From NCBI GenBank assembly GCA_026023565.1, contig JAPETS010000013.1, positions 310,001 to 374,000 on the forward strand: a stretch of DNA of 64,000 nucleotides, written 5' to 3'. The notes below the pieces were generated by a model. The model worked only from the letters and a program-made list of their open reading frames with translations, did not search any database and was not told where the DNA came from. The position numbers and the translations under genes are program-made. Below are positions 26,059-38,834 of this stretch, piece after piece (positions within the stretch are counted from its first letter, which is position 1; the number at the start of each line of letters is the position of its first letter). The stretch comes from Cirrosporium novae-zelandiae (taxonomy: Eukaryota).

Positions 26059-28635
26059 ATGTCTCGCTACCCTCTTGTTGCTGCCCTGGCGGTAGCTGCT
26101 ACGCTGATATTAATATCATTTCAATTGCTCCCACTTTCGACCGTTGGGAGCCTTCAAGCCTTTCTTCATGCTACCTCCAATATCGGAGAATCTACGAAAG
26201 ATGATAATTTGTATTTGTTAGGGGTAGGGAAGGGGGACATAACCGGGTATGGAATGATATTATGATTCGCGTTCCCCTACTCCCTAGAGGTTTTGCTAAT
26301 TTAATGTCTTCCATAGCCCTGTTGTTGAATTAAACTTAATGGCGTGTAACTCAACCTAAGAATACTCTTATATATAGCTAAAGTCTAGCAGGGATATGCC
26401 GACCCAAAGCAGATCGGGACAGGATTACGGTCTCGTTTGTATTCTAGGGCGTTCATAATTGGAGACCCCCATAATCCCGAAGATCGCATTGTCTACCTCA
26501 TCCTAGATATTCAATCAGGAGATACTGCCATAAGATATGGCATCTTGGAAAAACTCAGGGAACTCGGGAAAGAATTCGCAGTTTACGGTCGAGACAATGT
26601 GGCAGTCACCGCAACCCATAGTCATTCCGGACCTGGCGCCTGGTTAAATTACCTTCTACCCCAGATCACGAGCAAAGGTTTCAACAAGCAAAGTTACCAA
26701 GCTATCGTTGATGGCGCGGTTCTGTCGATTCAAAGGGCCCATAATTCACTAACTCCAGGTTACATCAGTCTAGGGACGAAAGAGTTGTTAGACACAAACA
26801 TCAATCGTTCTCCATACGCTTACTTAGCTAACCCTAAAGATGAGCGGGATCGATATGACTATAACGTAGATAAAACCATAACTATGCTCAAGTTTCAGCG
26901 AGCAGACGATAAAAAAAGTATAGGAGTGTTGAGCTGGTTTCCTGTGCATGGGACATCTCTATATGGGAATAACACCCTAATAGCTGGAGACAATAAGGGT
27001 GTCGCAGCTTCACTATTCGAAATGGACATGAAGGATGACCAAGCTGCATCTGACGACTTTGTCGCTGGATTCTCACAAGCAAACGTCGGTGATACCTCTC
27101 CAAATACCTTAGGGGCCTATTGCGAAGACACTGGCCTTGAATGTGATTTTGAGAATAGTACATGTGGTGATAACGGACCAGCAAAGTGTCATGGACGGGG
27201 GCCATATTTCAATGTCCCGGACGAAGGCGCTTCAAGCTGCTATGGGATTGGCTTCCGTCAATACTACGCAGCCAAAACTTTATATGTCTCGATGCTCTCT
27301 ACTGACCCCCCTTCAAATGTACAATCTGTTCGAGGCCCTACTACCGTCAAGTCCACACATTCCTTTCACTCTCTAAGCAACTACACCTTCCATCTCCCGG
27401 ACGGCACTCTTGTGCGTACGTGCCCCGCAGCTCTTGGATACTCGTTCGCAGCGGGCACAACCGACGGACCAGGAGCCTTTGATTTTACTCAAAACACAAC
27501 CGACCCTAGCGATTCGTCTCCTCTTTGGCTTGTCGTCCGAAAATTCATGCACGAGCCATCCCCAGAACAGCAAGCCTGTCATGATCCCAAACCCATTCTT
27601 ATGGATGTAGGCGAAATCGAGAAGCCCTACCTCTGGACCCCCAACACCGTCGACATCCAACTCTTACGTGCAGGACCTCTTCTCATCATAGTCTCTCCAG
27701 GCGAAGCAACAACAATGGCTGGTCGTCGGTGGAAAGAATCCCTTTCATCCGCTGCATCCTTTATCCTATCCCACTCGACAGACCGCAACTCAACCTCGAC
27801 TCCATTCACCGTCGTCCTAGGCGGCCCAAGCAACACATACACACACTACATATCCACCCCAGAAGAATACTCCATCCAACGCTACGAAGGCGCATCCACG
27901 CTTTATGGCCCACACACTCTTGACGCATATATAAACCTCACCCTCTCGCACCTTCCCTCCCTCTCAGCCCACGCACGCAAACTTCCCCTACCAAATCCAA
28001 GCTCGGACCCCCCCATCCACATAAACAAGTCCCTCTCTTTCATCCCCGGAGTAATTCTGGACCGCCCACCATTTTTCAAAAACTTTGGAAACGTAATCCA
28101 GGACGCTCAATCCGAGTATCGAATCAACGAAGACGTCCACGTCCGCTTCGTCGGCGCTAATCCAAGAAACAACTTACATCTCGAAGGGACCTACCTTACC
28201 ATCGAGAAACTAATCGGATATTCCAATCTCAACTCCGATACCAATGACAATGAAAACAGTGACGAAAACAAAGACGAAATTCGCTCTCCTTCATCCCCTC
28301 CCTACAATAGCCAACCCGAAGAGCACGGCGAAAAATGGGACACCATTCGCACAGACGCCGACTGGGACCTCGTCTTCAAATGGCACCGCGTATCCGAAAT
28401 CCTCGGAACCAGCGACGTGGAAGCCGTATGGGAGGGGAAATGGCACGATTTCTCACTGTCACACACAGATTCCCAAAACGAAAAGGAGGGGGGGGATGTG
28501 AATGTGAAACCGGGAAAGGCATGGAGGCGAGAGCCGGGAGTTTATCGCATCCGATATTTTGGGGATTCGAAGGCGGTTGGGGGGGAGATTGGGGCGTTTG
28601 AGGGGGTTAGTAGGAGATTTCGGATTAAGGCATAG
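26059..28635 (+). CDS. Neutral/alkaline non-lysosomal ceramidase; exons 26059-26246, 26317-26341, 26392-28635
   Basis: Signal/anchor peptide, LLGVGKGDITGPVVE..MGYA, ATHSHSGPG, WFPVHGTS, GDTSPN, AAGTTDGPG, PGEATTMAGRR, YEGASTLYG, GVYRIRYFG. Confidence 0.95.
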
Positions 28636-28799
28636 GGCATAGGGGGGTAGGAAGGTAGGCAGATGAGTTAGAGAGGAAAAAATGGGGGAATTGGTGGGAA
28701 AAGAAATTGAAATCGATAAGAGTTGGTTTGCGTTTGTGCAAGGGAAATTGTGAGAAATTTCGTTTCTTATGTTTGTGTTCGGGGATTAGGACGGGCCCT

Positions 28800-29540
28800 T
28801 ATGAACTTTCCCTTTTGTTATGATGAGATTGATTGATATTGACCCATGCTGATGACGACGGCGATGACGATGATGATGATGACGATGATGATGATGACGA
28901 TGATGGAAATGGCGATGGAAGATGATATTGATATTGATGCCAAATTGTTCCATACATATATATAAATAGGGATATATAGATAGATAAGATAAGATATGAA
29001 TGTGGAGAGAAAGAAATAAACGAATTCTTCAATTTGTTTATAAAAAAAAATTGAAAGTCGAAAGTCCTTGCAAGGCATGTATGGTCTATAGAAATGAATA
29101 TAGTAAGAAGAGTGTGCTTAAGAACTTTTGATAGAGAGTTCTTTAGTTTAGTGTTGCTTGGTTTTGGTTTTGGTTTGCTTGGGTGTTAATATTCTGACTA
29201 TAGACATGTATATTTTTTTATTTCGTCTCTCCTTTGCGATCCAGAGAAATTTACAATGCGGGCCGAGGGGAGGGTGGTGGTGATAGCTGTAGCAGAAGGG
29301 GCTCTCTCTCCCTCTCTCCCTTTCTCCCTCTCTTTTTCTCTGTTGATCATATATATATATATATATACACCCGAAAATCCCTTTTTTGCAACTAAAGACA
29401 TTGATTCCTTTGATTCCTTTGATTCTTTGATAGACATTGAAGAATATAATGGCATTTTCCTCTGCTCGCTTAGGTAAATGTATAGTGTCGGCACTTGAAG
29501 TGGTGTGTATGTGTGTATATGTGTGTGCATGTAGGTTTAG
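28800..29540. repeat. Microsatellite-rich convergent intergenic region: (GAT/GAC)n ~28850-28905, (CT)n ~29302-29340, (TA)n ~29349-29366, 9-mer TTGATTCCT x3 ~29401-29428
   Basis: Directly visible repeats. Confidence 0.9.
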
Positions 29541-29930
29541 CTTTGATTTGGTTGAGATAACGTTGCGTTCTGTGTAGTAAATAATTTTTCATTGGAATCC
29601 ATGTTTGTCGGTAATTTCATATTTCATGGAGCATCATTTCAACAACCTGACATAAGGTAGGGTTCATGAAAATTCCATTAAATTCGTCATGGGAAGGGAA
29701 TATAATATCCCTTCGAGATCATATGTCCAGAGCAAGCATCACGGGCGTTGTAATTTATCGTCAAAACTCGGGCGAGCCCACAAATAATCCCGAGCGAATC
29801 GTCATTAGGGATTTACGAAACCACGCTGTGTAGGTGGTTTCCCAACCTCATCCATTTGGATGGCAATCGTCTTTCGTTCTCAAAACAAGATGAAGTTTGC
29901 CAAATTTTTGGCCCCATCCTTTCTAGATAT

Positions 29931-32136
29931 TCAGCCAAGACTTGCAAACCCGCCCTCCTGCAAGAACTGCTTTTGGTACTCCCTCAGATCAGCCCAACGT
30001 CTTAGCTCTGATTCTTCACCGTCGTCATCACCGTTGGCGGTGCAGCTGTGCTCTAACTTCATAAGAATATCGACAAATGCCTTTAAATATAGTTCCACCT
30101 TCTGAGCAAATTCACCTTTGCGGGTTCGAGGTACGTCTAGGAGTGTCGATGCGATTTGGCGGACCTTGAAAGTCTATCAAAATGTTAGTTATGAAATCTA
30201 CTAGGTCAAAAGATATCGAGTGAGTATTACAAAGCTACCACCATTTGGCTCCATATCCACAGGACTTATAGAGCTCAATACAATCAGTAGATCACGTACG
30301 ACATCCTCACGCTCTGATGCCATAAGCCGTTCGCATGCATCAGGGATGTTTGGCGTTAGACGACGCTCAAGGCCCGCAGCAACAAGAGTAGGTGAGTTCA
30401 TCCCTTGCCGCAGGTGATGAGGTAAGTTCTCATATAAGGAAAAGAACTTTTCAACGAGATATGACCTTGTGCCGAGTTGGCTGACATAGATGTTGGCTTT
30501 CTGAATCTCATACATGACCCGTCTACGTTCTTCAGGCGGAATAGCTCCACCCGAACTTTCATTAATCCCAGGTCCCATCCCGAGCCCAGGCGGAGTGTTT
30601 GCTTTGGAGGGATCGCTCGAGTCTCCCCAGGAACTACCAGAAGCTCGTGGCTGGAGGGTCAGCTGTTTTGGGATGATATTGAGGACTTGCTTGGCACTGG
30701 TCAGGCATTGGTAGAGGATCCTTTTTTGTTGGTCCCAGTCGAAAACTTGATCAATACCATGGAGCAACTCAACGGAAGCTAAAGCATCATATGTAGAGAA
30801 CACGCGAACATTTGCATTGAAACCGCAAAGTTCAGAAATCAAACCAGGAGGTTGAGGCTCAACATGAGTTGAAAATATGTATGCATCATCAACCTCAAGT
30901 GGCAAGGGTGGGTAGGGATCGGTCGGGGTGCGAGGTGGAAGAACAATTTCTTGGAATTGTGCACCCCATTGGTGGAGAGACCTGACACCTACAAAGATGA
31001 CCCAGACAAGTCGTTTTCCGATCTCCTGTGCAATATAATCGGTTCTCCTTTCCATCATTGAACAGTCAGATGGAGAGCTGCCAGCACTATCATGGAAGTT
31101 TCCAAGTTTGTAGAGCCCAAGGGTTCTGGCAATTGCAATGCCTTCTGCAAAATACAGTCTGCATCTTCTCCAATTGAATACATAGCCTCCAGCGAGAGCC
31201 AGGAAATAACTCGTTGCCACATCGTATACATTCAACTCCTTATCAAGATACCCCACTCCTCGGGCTTCCAGGGCGATACGATGGCATTTCTCAACCATTT
31301 CAATCGAATTTGAAATTTTTGCTCTTAAAATTTTCATTCGCGAATGTGGTTTTCTAGGGAACGAGGCAACCAGAGCTGCTAACATTGCAGCCACTAGAGC
31401 CAGAAACTTTAGATCGTGGGTATCATCCCGTCTTGCAAGAGCAGCACGGAAAGTAGGTTCGTGGGGTATAGGGACTAGCGGGTGGATATATGTAAAGAAA
31501 TCTTCAATCAAGAGATAGAGAGCGGGTAAAGGGCATATTGATTCGACAGTGAGAGATCGGGATTGCGATAAGGAAGCCAACGCCTGTGCTGTAGCGGTCG
31601 TCGGAGATGAAGGCGAGGCAGATTCACCTAAACCAGGAGACTTGAGTTTTTGTCTTCTGATAGCTTCGGCATGACGATTTGGAGGGCCTCGTCGCCGACT
31701 TGGTCGCTCGAAGGTGCATGGTATGTCCAAAGCCGCACAGGCTTTGCAGGGAGGGCCGGATTCATCACACTACGAAACAAGAGGATATTAATACAATTAA
31801 TTCTGATGTGCAATTTATTTAAATAAAATAAATGGAATTGGTTTGCGATGGAACATAGAAAACACAAACGGCATTTGAAAATAAATGAATGAAAAGGGTG
31901 AATAAACTCACCTTGACTTTCCGGATACTACAGCTATCGCAAGCCTTTCGCAGTCTTCCCTTGCTCTCATGAGCTTGAGGGGCAGCAGGTGGTTGAGTTG
32001 TGGTGGTGGTGGTGGTTGTTGTCTTTACATCTGGATTCTCTTGCTTGGGAATAACGTTGGTAGATAAGTTTGAATATGGATCCCCGAGGGGATTGGAGGT
32101 CGGGTATTGACTGTTCGGCGGGGAGAAAGCCGACAT
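29931..32136 (-). CDS. Zn(II)2Cys6 transcription factor with Fungal_trans middle-homology domain, 3 exons
   Basis: RLRKACDSCSIRKVK|CDESGPPCKACAALDIPC split by an intron; FFTYIHPLVPIPHEPTF; last exon ...RRWADLREYQKQFLQEGGFASLG*. Confidence 0.93.
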
Positions 32137-33231
32137 GGACGGAGCGGTCAAGGACGGTTATTGATGAGGTCAGTACAAATCAGGAACATGGCCGATTTCT
32201 GCAAAGACATGTCGCGACTTGCTCTTAGTCCTTCGGTTTCAGCAGACCTCAACAGAATCGAACTCGGACTGAAGAGAGATTTGAGAAAAGAAAGTGTTAT
32301 GGAGCCAAAGTTCAGTGGTAGTCTAAGTCTTGGGTAGATGGGGGATGGGGATGGGCTGAGAACTCTGAATTGAAGGTTTTTTGGGGGGGGGGAAGGGAAA
32401 GGTGACAACCGTGACATCAGTAATACCAGAGTAATCGGGTGTAGTTACGGAGTAGGATATTGGGATACTACAACACAGGACTAAACATAACCAAACCTCC
32501 ATCCGCTCCGGGTTCCGGAACAAGGAACCCATCCATCAGCCATCAGCCATCAGATATCTTTCTGTGAAGACACCCTAGGATACTGAGTGTAGGAATGAGG
32601 AATTGAGGAATTGAAGAGTTGAGCCATCGAAGAGTCGAGAATAGATACCTAGGTAGATAACTAATTTACTGGATTTCTCTACTTCTTCTAGACTTAGCTA
32701 CAGAAGAAACAGTAGAGTTTTACTGGTAATTACATTTTTTAACTTTGACTCAACTGGAACTTATCTTGGGACGCCTTTTTTCATGCTTGGGTACTGATTG
32801 ATGAACCTGAGGTTTCCAGAGGCTAAACTAACCTAAATTAGCTTCTAACTGACACTTTGACCCCATTGACCCATTGACCCATTGACCCTCTTCTTCTCTT
32901 TTCTACCCTCACCGTTTCTCATCACAACTCCACAATTACCACTCTTTCACACTAGAAGCCTGCTCACACCGTCACACCGGCTTCGAGAAGCCTAGTAGCG
33001 CTGAGTTACTTTGACCTGCTTGGTGTTGCAATGGTATACGATTACTAACTTTCATTCTCTATCCTATCAACAAATCATCTATATCCTATTCATCAACTAA
33101 TTACACACCACCTTCCCCCCTCCCCACAAGACTTATGTCCAGCCATAACCCAACATCATCTTGTAGTATTAATTTTGCCAACCCACCCGCTGATCCCTCC
33201 TCGGTCCCGTCTGCTATTTGAATTTTTTTCG

Positions 33232-35067
33232 TCATCTATCGTGAACCGTTGCCGTCACAGTAACTGTCTCCGTCACTGTCACCGTTTCCAACGAGTTCAC
33301 AGGAATTATTGACAAAATCCCCCCATTCCCCGTTGAACTTGATGAAAAAGTTGCTGTTGTGGCTACAACTGAGTTCGCTGGGTTGTTGACACTTGGCCGT
33401 GTTGGACCTGTCGTTTGAACCGGAATTACAGACATGTCTGCAGAAGCAACCGTTGCCTTTGGACTGACAAAAGATATTACTGGGCTAAAGAAAGATGCGC
33501 TCGAGTCCAGTGAAGAAGATTGAGGGATGCTATTAATATTGCTGGCACTGGAAGGATCTGCGGATTGCAGTGCTTGACTTGTCCCCTTCAAGCTCAAGCT
33601 AGATGTCTGGATGCTAGGAACAAGGCCTCGTGACGTTGAAGTAATTTGAACTGGCGACGCCGAAGTGACTGGGGTTGGTGAAATCGAAGAAGCCAGAGTC
33701 GAAGTCAGAGTTGATGCTGAACCAACTGCCAATGAGGAGGCTGGAATCCCTTCGGAAGACACTTCTGTGGTGGAAGGTTTGGTGGTGGAATCGATAATAC
33801 TAGAATTGATGGTAGTAGAACTAATGGTAGTAGAATCGGTTGTAGAATCGGTTGGGAATGGCCCTCTATTACTCGCAACACCAGAAAATTGCAATGCTCC
33901 GCTTGCTCCAGTGCTAGAGCTCGAGGATTTCAGACTCAGGAAAGTATTTTGAGATATTGAAGGGGACGATGCTGACGGCTTCGTTGTAGTAATACTATCC
34001 TGCTCGGAATTTGACGAAGTCTTGGCGGTCAAAGTGAAGATTGAAGAAGTTGTAGGGCCTGTAGAGAGTGTAGCGATGGTGGAATCGGGGGCGGAAGCTA
34101 CCTGCGTTGTCGTTGTCGCGTTTGAACTAACTATATTCGACGGAGAAATTGAAGGAGTCTCGGAACTGACTGCTGCCGATTGAATCAACGATATCGATGA
34201 AGTAGTTACAATTTGAGTACTCGAAGTAGTCGTAGACATTCCAAGCTTTGCGTAGGCGTCACTTGGATCATCACACTGGATTGTTATGCCGCGTTTACTC
34301 TCCAATGGAAGCGCAAAGCATTTTTGGCCTTGCGGACAAGACAGTATATCGTATGTGCCTTCGGAGTTGCAAGCTGCATATTGACCGCTAATGCAGGCCA
34401 CTGAACGGCTCTGGTCGCTTGCATCACACGTTGATGCGTTGGTCATGGTTGCAAATTCTCCATTGTAGCCAAGAGCGAGAGCCACATTCCCACTCCGAAG
34501 GTTGGTCGAACTCGCGGTTGCGGTCGCGGTCGCGGTCGCTGCAGATACTGTGGCTGATAAAATCTGCGATGAGGTCAATTTTGTCGTAGAAGTTAAGGCG
34601 GACGCGGGAGCAATAGTTGAGGAGGTAGTGATGGAATATGTGGTAACAGAGAGAGTTGTTGAATTGTTAAGGTATGACCCGACTGTCGAATGTGAAATTG
34701 AAGATGTCGATTCTAAGCCTGTTTCAAGAAAGAAGGCTGGGGAATCTGACGGTATGTCTGGGGAAGTAGTAGATATGATAGAGCTAGTCGGTTTTGATGT
34801 TGTGGAGAATGTTGAATTTGTTATGGCGCGCTTTGAGAGCGTTGTGGGGGTTCTTGGTGGTGCGATAGCAGCTTCGAAGTCCTCTCTAAACCACAGAGGA
34901 CTTGATTTAATATTGGAACGCTCCTTGACCCTGCATTATAATGAGTTTAAGTCTGCTGCAGAGCTCTCTATAACTTACCGAGGTGTATGAGGTAGGTGTA
35001 TTATCGGCCCAGCCGTTGTAGTATAAAATATAAATGGCCAGAGGAGGAGGTCAAAGGAGAGTAGCAT
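33232..35067 (-). CDS. Secreted Ser/Thr-rich protein with a central Cys-rich CBM19-like (chitin-binding) module; exons 35067-34979, 34930-33232
   Basis: Signal peptide MLLSFDLLLWPFIFYTTTA, GTAAGT..CAG intron, LSKR Kex2-like site, CDASDQSRSVACISGQYAACNSEGTYDILSCPQGQKCFALPL..GITIQCD, C-terminal TVTVTETVTVT. Confidence 0.8.
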
Positions 35068-36056
35068 ATCGTAGATGCAGAAGTTAGGTGATTCGGATAA
35101 TGTCGCCGCTGAGTATCAAATTTAAATAGACCCCTTGCTAAATAATTAAAATTGGAACAGGTTATTGAGCAAAGAAAAATTGAAGGAGTGAATAGAGACA
35201 AAAATGGCAGTAAATGCTGGTAAAGAAATGAGAGATGGTGAAGATATATTGGAGAAGGAGATGGACCATTCGAGTAAAGTGACAGGCAAATTATAAGAAA
35301 CATCCAGCGGCGCTCGACGGCCACTACGTGAGCAATATAGAGCACAAGGGAAACAACAGATGGCCAGTCATCGACATGTCCAATTGCAAAGACCTTTAGA
35401 GAAGACTATGATCGAAAGCCTCATGGAACGGTTGGCGCCCTAGTGAAGCCTGAAGGCCTGGGTTTATCTGCATTGTGGGCGCGTCAAGAACAAAGAATCC
35501 AAGAAGCAGACAAAGCGAACAAATGCTCTGATTGTCAATGACTTGACATGAAACCATGAATTGGATGTTGAAGATTCTCGGAGAAGATTTGGTGTTTTGG
35601 TGGTGTTGGTCGGAACCAATCGGAATGGCGAGAGGCCAGAGAACCCAATGAAGCGGAGACAGAGGAACCGCCTGGATGAGACAACAATTTCAGATTTATT
35701 CACAATTCTTCACCCAAGAGGTCTTGAGAACCACAGGTGCCTACATTGTAGTTGGCTATCCTAGTATCATACATGAAAGAATAAATGAATTCATCATTAA
35801 TTAGGTCGCTTTATCACTTATCTATCGTTTTATTCTTCCATTCCAATTCACCCAAGGACCAAGCCCAAACCAGTCCAGTCCAGCCCTATGCCTAGAACTC
35901 TAAACCCTAACCATCCTAAACTTCTAGGCCCAGCTAACAATTTTTATATAAATTAAGCAGCAAAAGATGCGTAACGCCAAACCAGATGTGTCTAGTATTC
36001 CCTATGTTAATGGTCCCAGATGAACTATTTTGATGGCTTCTGATAAAAAAATGCTT

Positions 36057-37511
36057 CTATGCCCTACCATTAACCCAGCTTCCAGTCTTCGCTCTTCGGG
36101 CCGCAAATAGAAACGATCCACCAAGAATCATACACGCTCCGCTCCACAACTGTGCGCCTAGATATCGACCTCCGTCAGCTGAAATCAGGGCGCCACCTAG
36201 TGGACATCCTGTTAGCAACGCGATGCTCAACAAGGTCATAACCATGCCCATTCTAACGCCCTGCTTTTTGGGATCTGTTGTAAGACTCGCAAGTCCGCCT
36301 GGAAAGAGACCTTGGATACCTGAAGCAGTAATTCCATAAATTGCTGACCAGACAAACAGTCCTGCTTCATTACTGACCAACGGCCAGAGAAACGAGAGAA
36401 GTGCTGTCAGCAATGCCATCGGAGCCATGAAGTTTATGGGTCCCGAATACTTGTCTGCACAATAGCCAGGGATAAGGCGTCCGACGAATCCGACGCCATT
36501 CATGATTAACAACATATTAATCGAGGTATTGTCGCTGATCCCAATAATGGCTTTTCCAAATGATCCAACGTAGTAAAACGCAAAGTAGATTGCCCATAGG
36601 TTGAAAAACATGCCCACGGCGTAGAAAAGATATGGTAGTTCTTTCCATGCAGAAGCCTCGAAGATTGGACCTGTTGTCCGGGGAGGTACTCGCTGCTTGA
36701 GAACAAAGAAGCCTGTGACTGAAATGGCCAACATGATGAAGGCAATAGTACGTACTGTCCACCCAAATCCGACCTGTGGTAACATCTTCTCGACAATAGA
36801 TGGGAAAATTAGACCGCCAATTGCTGTGCCAGATGCTGTAAGACTTAAAGCCAAGGCGCGATTCTTGAGGAAATAGGTAGCGGCAAGAGAGATACATGGG
36901 CAAAACATCATGCCATTACCAAGACCTGTACATAGTCCCTGTGAGAGGAACAGTTGCAGATATGTTTTACTGACGGATGTAGTGAAGGTGCCAAGGGTCT
37001 GTAGGATCGTTCCAATAGCATATACCAATTTGAAATACCCTGCATCGGTCGCTCTTCCAGAGAAAGTACCGATGCCGAATACAAGACATACTTGTACAGA
37101 TCCAATCCAAGAAATTGACGATTGTGACCGGTTTAAAGTTTCGCTATAGTATGTTTGGAAGACACCGAAACTGTTGATATAACCCCAGGTATTAAGTGTA
37201 ATGAGTGCTACCATCAATACCTGTATCCAAGCCGTCCAACCCCCATCCGGTGGCGGCCCAACTTCTATCGAGATATTTGACCTTGTTTTGCTAATCATGC
37301 GACCTAAAACATTAGTGGGTACTGGTGATTGTCCGGATTGGATATCATCCTCATTATCGGGCTCGAAATCAGACTTCTCGTCAATGTCGGCATTTGCATC
37401 GTATTTTAACGGTTTAGGCTTGGAGGAAGATACGACAGTTTGAGCTTCTAGGTTTTTCTCTTCCGCCTTGTCGTGATGGGACTGTTGCTCGGAAATATGT
37501 GTAATAGCCAT
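36057..37511 (-). CDS. MFS transporter, monocarboxylate porter (MCH/MCT-like) family; intronless CDS
   Basis: PPDGGWTAW, WGYINSFGVFQTYY, SWIGSVQ, LFLSQGLCTGLGNG, GVRMGM; about 12 TM helices. Confidence 0.93.
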   Translation of the reverse strand: MAITHISEQQSHHDKAEEKNLEAQTVVSSSKPKPLKYDANADIDEKSDFEPDNEDDIQSGQSPVPTNVLGRMISKTRSNISIEVGPPPDGGWTAWIQVLMVALITLNTWGYINSFGVFQTYYSETLNRSQSSISWIGSVQVCLVFGIGTFSGRATDAGYFKLVYAIGTILQTLGTFTTSVSKTYLQLFLSQGLCTGLGNGMMFCPCISLAATYFLKNRALALSLTASGTAIGGLIFPSIVEKMLPQVGFGWTVRTIAFIMLAISVTGFFVLKQRVPPRTTGPIFEASAWKELPYLFYAVGMFFNLWAIYFAFYYVGSFGKAIIGISDNTSINMLLIMNGVGFVGRLIPGYCADKYSGPINFMAPMALLTALLSFLWPLVSNEAGLFVWSAIYGITASGIQGLFPGGLASLTTDPKKQGVRMGMVMTLLSIALLTGCPLGGALISADGGRYLGAQLWSGACMILGGSFLFAARRAKTGSWVNGRA

Positions 37512-37524
37512 GATGGCAAGAGAC

Positions 37525-37594
37525 TGCTTAAATCTGTTAGTGAATCCTTAGAGGAAAATACGATTTCCTCGGGAGGTTTCAATAATTGTTTTAC
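37525..37594 (-). other. Probable 5'UTR intron of the MCH-type MFS gene
   Basis: The minus strand reads AAAG|GTAAAA...CACTAAC...AAGCAG|TCTCTTGCCATC-ATG, i.e. donor, branch point and acceptor just upstream of the start codon. Confidence 0.55.
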
Positions 37595-38834
37595 CTTTGA
37601 GCAAATATCTTGATATTGACTCCGATTGCTGAATGATGCTATAACCTGGTGTCGAAGGAATGTGTTATAGGCACAAAGAATGGTGGTGACACTAGTATAG
37701 AAGGGATCTCGAGCATTGGCTTCTTAGAATGCTTATTTGGTAACAGTATATGTAATATGCTAGAGTCAGATGCTCCTAGATGATGAGAATCTGAAGTTCT
37801 GAAAATATGAACTCCATATAAATACCCAATACCAAATATACCATAGGAAATAGGTTGGAAGAAAAAAAGCACACAGTTTCGTAACTTTGTAAGAAATTTT
37901 TTGGGGTAAACTTTTTTTTAGGGGACGTGGTAAGACCTTAGGAATAGTCACGATCCTTGAATAGGAAGCTCAAGTCTCCACCAGCGGTCAAGGTTGAAAT
38001 ATCGAGAAACAAGTAGAATTTGCACATGTACGTAGATCTCCTTAGTTCAACAAAGTACATAGCACAGTATGGACCAATTGAACATTTAATATGACTCCGA
38101 CGTCGCAATTGAAGCTTTGGGTTCTAATCATCAAAGGGCGTACTTCGACTGAGTTCCTGTGATCGATAGAAATGGGTCATTTGTTTCTCTTGGTCTAACA
38201 AAAGCTGGGGTCAATAAGTGCAATAATCATCAAAGATCTGATGGGGTCCCAATATTTTTTTTCCCTCATTTGCCGTTTTAGCCGAAACACAACCTTTTAA
38301 CATTCTCAGGACGAGGCCCACGTCAATGCGGCTATTCAACTCAAGTGTTCTAGACATAAGGTACAGTACATGAGGCTTTCTGAGGTGACCTTTATAGGCT
38401 TCTTATCATTGAATCGATTTATACTTAACTGATATACTATCATGACAAAAGTTGGTTTCGATCGGAGACATAGGCTGGTAGGTAAAGAAAGAGACGAAAG
38501 AGGAGGGGATTCGTTGGTTGGCCTTACATGAGTCACTATAAGTACCTAGGTCCCGGTTACCGGTTATATTATCCTAGCCGATTCTTTATCGATAACAACC
38601 AACCGAAGGAGACAAACTCATCCATACCCTGTAAAATCAGGCATCAGAGCTACGGGATTTCCGCAGCCTTGGCATCATATTTCAACCTCATCTCTCTTCC
38701 CAACTAGTTATTCAGAATAGAAGATATTCAAAAACAAACCCATCTTACCCCGCATCAGTCAGCTTTCCCCTCCAGATTTATAACATACCTAGGTAGTTAC
38801 AGTATTCTCATCCGCAGCTCCGTCTCCCAACTGC

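Noticed and set aside
6996..28635. HFD1-like ALDH and ceramidase as a sphingolipid catabolism cluster
   Set aside because: They are about 17 kb and six unrelated genes apart, and no sphingosine kinase or lyase is present.
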